Assembly: GCA_048013815.1 (NCBI GenBank)
Contig: CM106585.1
Coordinates: forward strand, 7,440,001 to 7,504,000
Origin: Setoptus koraiensis
Taxonomy: Eukaryota > Animalia > Arthropoda
Reading direction: 5' to 3'
DNA length: 64,000 bases
The position numbers and the translations under genes were made by a program. Positions within the stretch are counted from its first letter, which is position 1. Every line of letters begins with the position of its first letter. Positions 60,637 to 64,000 of the stretch are shown piece by piece. The notes beneath the pieces were generated by a model. That model made no database searches. It saw nothing but the letters and a program-made list of their open reading frames with translations, and was not told where the DNA came from.

Positions 60637-63590
60637 TTTGGCTACAATTTAGATGCTACTCAATCTAGATAATTTTGTTGTGAGATCTTCACCACTTTGA
60701 TGGGCAATCAACTATCCTGAAATCGATGTTGACTCTGTTCCTCTTATTTAGTCGTTCGTTGATGTCGCACAATCACAACGATCCGACGATTGATGATGGC
60801 ATCTGTAAACTTTTCTTGGCGATTTGCTGTTTTTGTGTGCGTATCTCAAGGATAAATACAGAAGAAATTTTCAGAGATATCCAGAACATTGACAGCATAT
60901 AGTGATGATTAGGCGATGAGTCAATGGGTTTGTGTAGCCTTCACGAAGAAAAAATGATTGGCATCTATTATAACAATTATTTAAAATTAACCAGCCAACT
61001 GGGCATGATTATTTACTGATGGGGATAATTTTGTTTTCTTGTGTGTACATCTGATTCGAGTTTTCACAACTTTATTTCTTTATTGCAACAACAATATGTT
61101 TTGAGCATCCGCATACAAAAACACTCGGAGGGGTTCTGCAACAACACCAATTACTTTTGACTAGCTGTCACTTTGCGATGTTTGACTATCTGGTGTAACT
61201 ATTAACAATCAGCGGCACAACTACTGGTGATCTATTGTTGCATTTAATCTGTGGCAATTGTCAGTTGGACTTCAGGTGTTAAGCAGTAGCGGTAGTATTA
61301 TTGTCAATGGATAGGCTTCAACAATTTATTCTACATTGATAAATTGTTTGCTTAACATTCGAATTACAATAGTGACAGTTGGGGAGCTTCAAATTCTAAA
61401 TGGAAGTTAGTTGCCGTATAACACTGTGACTATTGATCACAAAGATACACTCTAGGAAGAATCAACTAATAAGACAGAGGTAACACTGCTGAGTCCGTTT
61501 ATTTTTTATGACAATCATAGAGGAGATGCTATCAGATTGTAATCCTAGACGTTCTTTTTAATTCGAAACAACAACGACAAGTGCCAATTCTGTTCCATTT
61601 TTCAGTTGTGGAATTCAGCTTGGTAGATGAAATTAAACTCAGTCTCATATATCAAGTTGCATTATTTATTACCAAAGGTGTATAATAGCTTCTCTTCTTT
61701 CCATGGAATATCTATAATTATATCACAGTATTCTTACGTGTGTATGTAACGCGCGGACTCTGTCAATTTGCCTATGTTTGCTTGCATCGGTTTGCTGTGC
61801 TGCTGTTTATGGTGAAACTCGCCAGCTATCCAGTCAATGGACGCCCGAACTCTTTTTGGCTACATAACAGTTGGATTGAAATGGAAAGTATAACTGAGTC
61901 GTGCTCTTCATCTGAGTAATTGAAGAAAACTGCCATGCCCCACAATGCTGATAACGATCATTTTGTTGTCGAATAAGTGAGGACGATTATCAAGAGTCCG
62001 CTATCAAACAGCTTCGAGCTTCATACTTTTCCTTTTCCATACACAGGTGAATCTCAGGCAAACTCAGCAGTTGAGTCGCGATGGTTGCTTCTATTATTTG
62101 CATGACTTAAACACTAAAACCGCCCACTCCTTTACTCTTTTTTTATTATTAGCAATGTCCATTTACTTTATTCGTTTCATCTCTAAATCTAACTTGACTC
62201 AACCTAGCTTAATCACAACCAGACTGCCACCTGTTTCTGGCTTTCACACTCGCTTCTCTGCTGTGTCTGAGTCGGTGTAGTTGTAGTTGTATCGGTTTAA
62301 TCCAGAAATAAATGGAAGAAAATTAGCACACACACACACTCAAGGAGTGAGAGCGAGAGAGAAAGTAGTCTAATGAACTCGGATACGGACAATCAACTAT
62401 TTTTATCCCCTTGCCTCGGCGTTGTTCGTCTTTCACTTAGATCGCACTGGCCGAATACAAACAACTCATATGAGCAACCGCAGTTGCTGTTGATGGGTAT
62501 TAGTCCGAGCCGCCTGCTGTCTCGTCGCTAATATTTAATGCAGGCAAACTAATGTGTGTCGCCGTCTAATTTATTATTATATAACTCGCTATTGGTAAGT
62601 ACGCCAGTAATGAGCAACAGGCCAGTTATTGCCGTTACGTAATGCTGCAGCAAGCGCCAACATTAGCTACTTCTACTTGTTGCATCTTGAAAGTCATTGA
62701 CCGAAGCGAACTCTTCATCAAGATCAAACGGTTGTATAAGGTGAGTAGTGTTAGTTGTTGTCTTCCACACATACGCGCCATCTATATTGCGTCACGCAAA
62801 AGAGATAAAAAGTTACTACAAGAACATACCGAGGCATCCTGTGTGTTCAACTCACAAGAGGCTTATTGTCGTTGTCGGCAACAACAACTCTCATCTATCG
62901 AATAGCCATAGAACAGCTATCGTGAAGAAGAACAGAGGTTCACTTAGCATCATGATTTAGTTGCTCTTCATCTATACTGTTGAATGCATCTATGATTATT
63001 CTATCATCATGAATAGCGGGATGTTGCAAAAAATAATGGTGATATAATCAGTCTAGCCGATTCTATCTAATGATGAGACTGTCTGTCCATTTTAGAACCT
63101 TGGCTTTGGGGTAACTGAGCCGATTTTTCAGATTGTACCGACTTGGGACTCCAAAGTTGGGAGATTTTCCTCTTCCTGCCGGCATAAGTATCGCAGCGTC
63201 TGCTGTTATGAGTGCTTCCTAAAAAATGAGGCTTTTTCGTTTGTTTTTTCGAAGCATTTATATTCACTATTCGTATCATTGTTCGTGCAAACTAGCAATC
63301 AATTAAATTCATTTGTCGACCCTTTTTTTTGCTTTTTCAAGCTAGCTGCTAGCACAAAATCCACTAATACCACCAGGCTAATAAGTCCATTAGCACTTGA
63401 CTTATTGGCCTATAGACTCGAAATTTGTTGGCGGAGTCCTCGCATCTTTGACTCTCAAACTAGATCGTGCATTTGGTTTATATCTTGTTTCGAATCTGGG
63501 AATAGAGGTTCCGCCACTCTTGAAAAGACATACTAAATACTGCTTATTCGATTTTATGCTGCCGATTATGCTGCTGATTTTATAAAACTA

Positions 63591-63986
63591 ATGCAACCTA
63601 TTGCCTACAATATATTCATATTCATTTTTATCATGCGACTGATGCCTCTACATATCAAAGCTGATGAACCATACATATTTAGTCGAGGTTGGCGAAATTT
63701 GTCTACGCTCAAACATTATATTTCACCTCGCGCCACGGAAAACTCTATTGAAAGGAGAGAAAGTCGTCGGACGGTTGAATTAAATTCTGAATATGTTCGG
63801 GAGATGGGAACATTAAATCAAAAAATAGTAATCCACTCTTGCATTAATCAACCCGTGAAAGCTCGGCCTCAGTCAGGTAAAGAAAGAGGGCCAACTCTGA
63901 TATCTGAACTCGATATTGCTATAGTACTAATGATAGTAATACAATTTTATGGTACAACTGTAAAAAGTGCTAATAGATCTAGATAG
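63591..63986 (+). CDS. Possible small orphan protein with signal-like N-terminus
   Basis: 131-codon ATG ORF with two hydrophobic stretches; no other support. Confidence 0.25.
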   Translation: MQPIAYNIFIFIFIMRLMPLHIKADEPYIFSRGWRNLSTLKHYISPRATENSIERRESRRTVELNSEYVREMGTLNQKIVIHSCINQPVKARPQSGKERGPTLISELDIAIVLMIVIQFYGTTVKSANRSR

Positions 63987-64000
63987 TTAGAAGGAAAACA

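Overview
Eukaryotic genomic DNA, most likely an arthropod and plausibly a mite. This is inferred from a CRF/DH44 precursor, an A-type muscarinic receptor relic, an NRF-6-like acyltransferase, short AT-rich GT-AG introns and the TE content. Bases 1-9170 are microsatellite-rich with no recognisable gene, followed by a 500-N gap. Bases ~9.7-35.7 kb and ~44.5-55.2 kb are a deeply nested TE graveyard. It holds a near-complete Ty3/gypsy element, three separate env (class I fusion-like) relics of gypsy-type elements, copia and MULE fragments, many Helentron-type non-autonomous elements (HINE/DINE-1-like) and a family of Merlin/IS1595-type MITEs with 8-bp TSDs. Host genes: a LEM-domain protein, a DH44-like precursor, an orphan secreted protein, and a 6-exon NRF-6-like gene with Cu/Zn SOD nested antisense in an intron. 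The most notable signal comes from removing nested insertions by eye. Two env-bearing LTR elements then each show an extra ORF between env and the PPT/3' LTR (one chromodomain-like, one signal-peptide/6-Cys). One also has env fused in frame to the integrase C-terminus, and a third env has a ~150-aa insert before its fusion peptide. All family calls are by motif recognition only; no searches were run.
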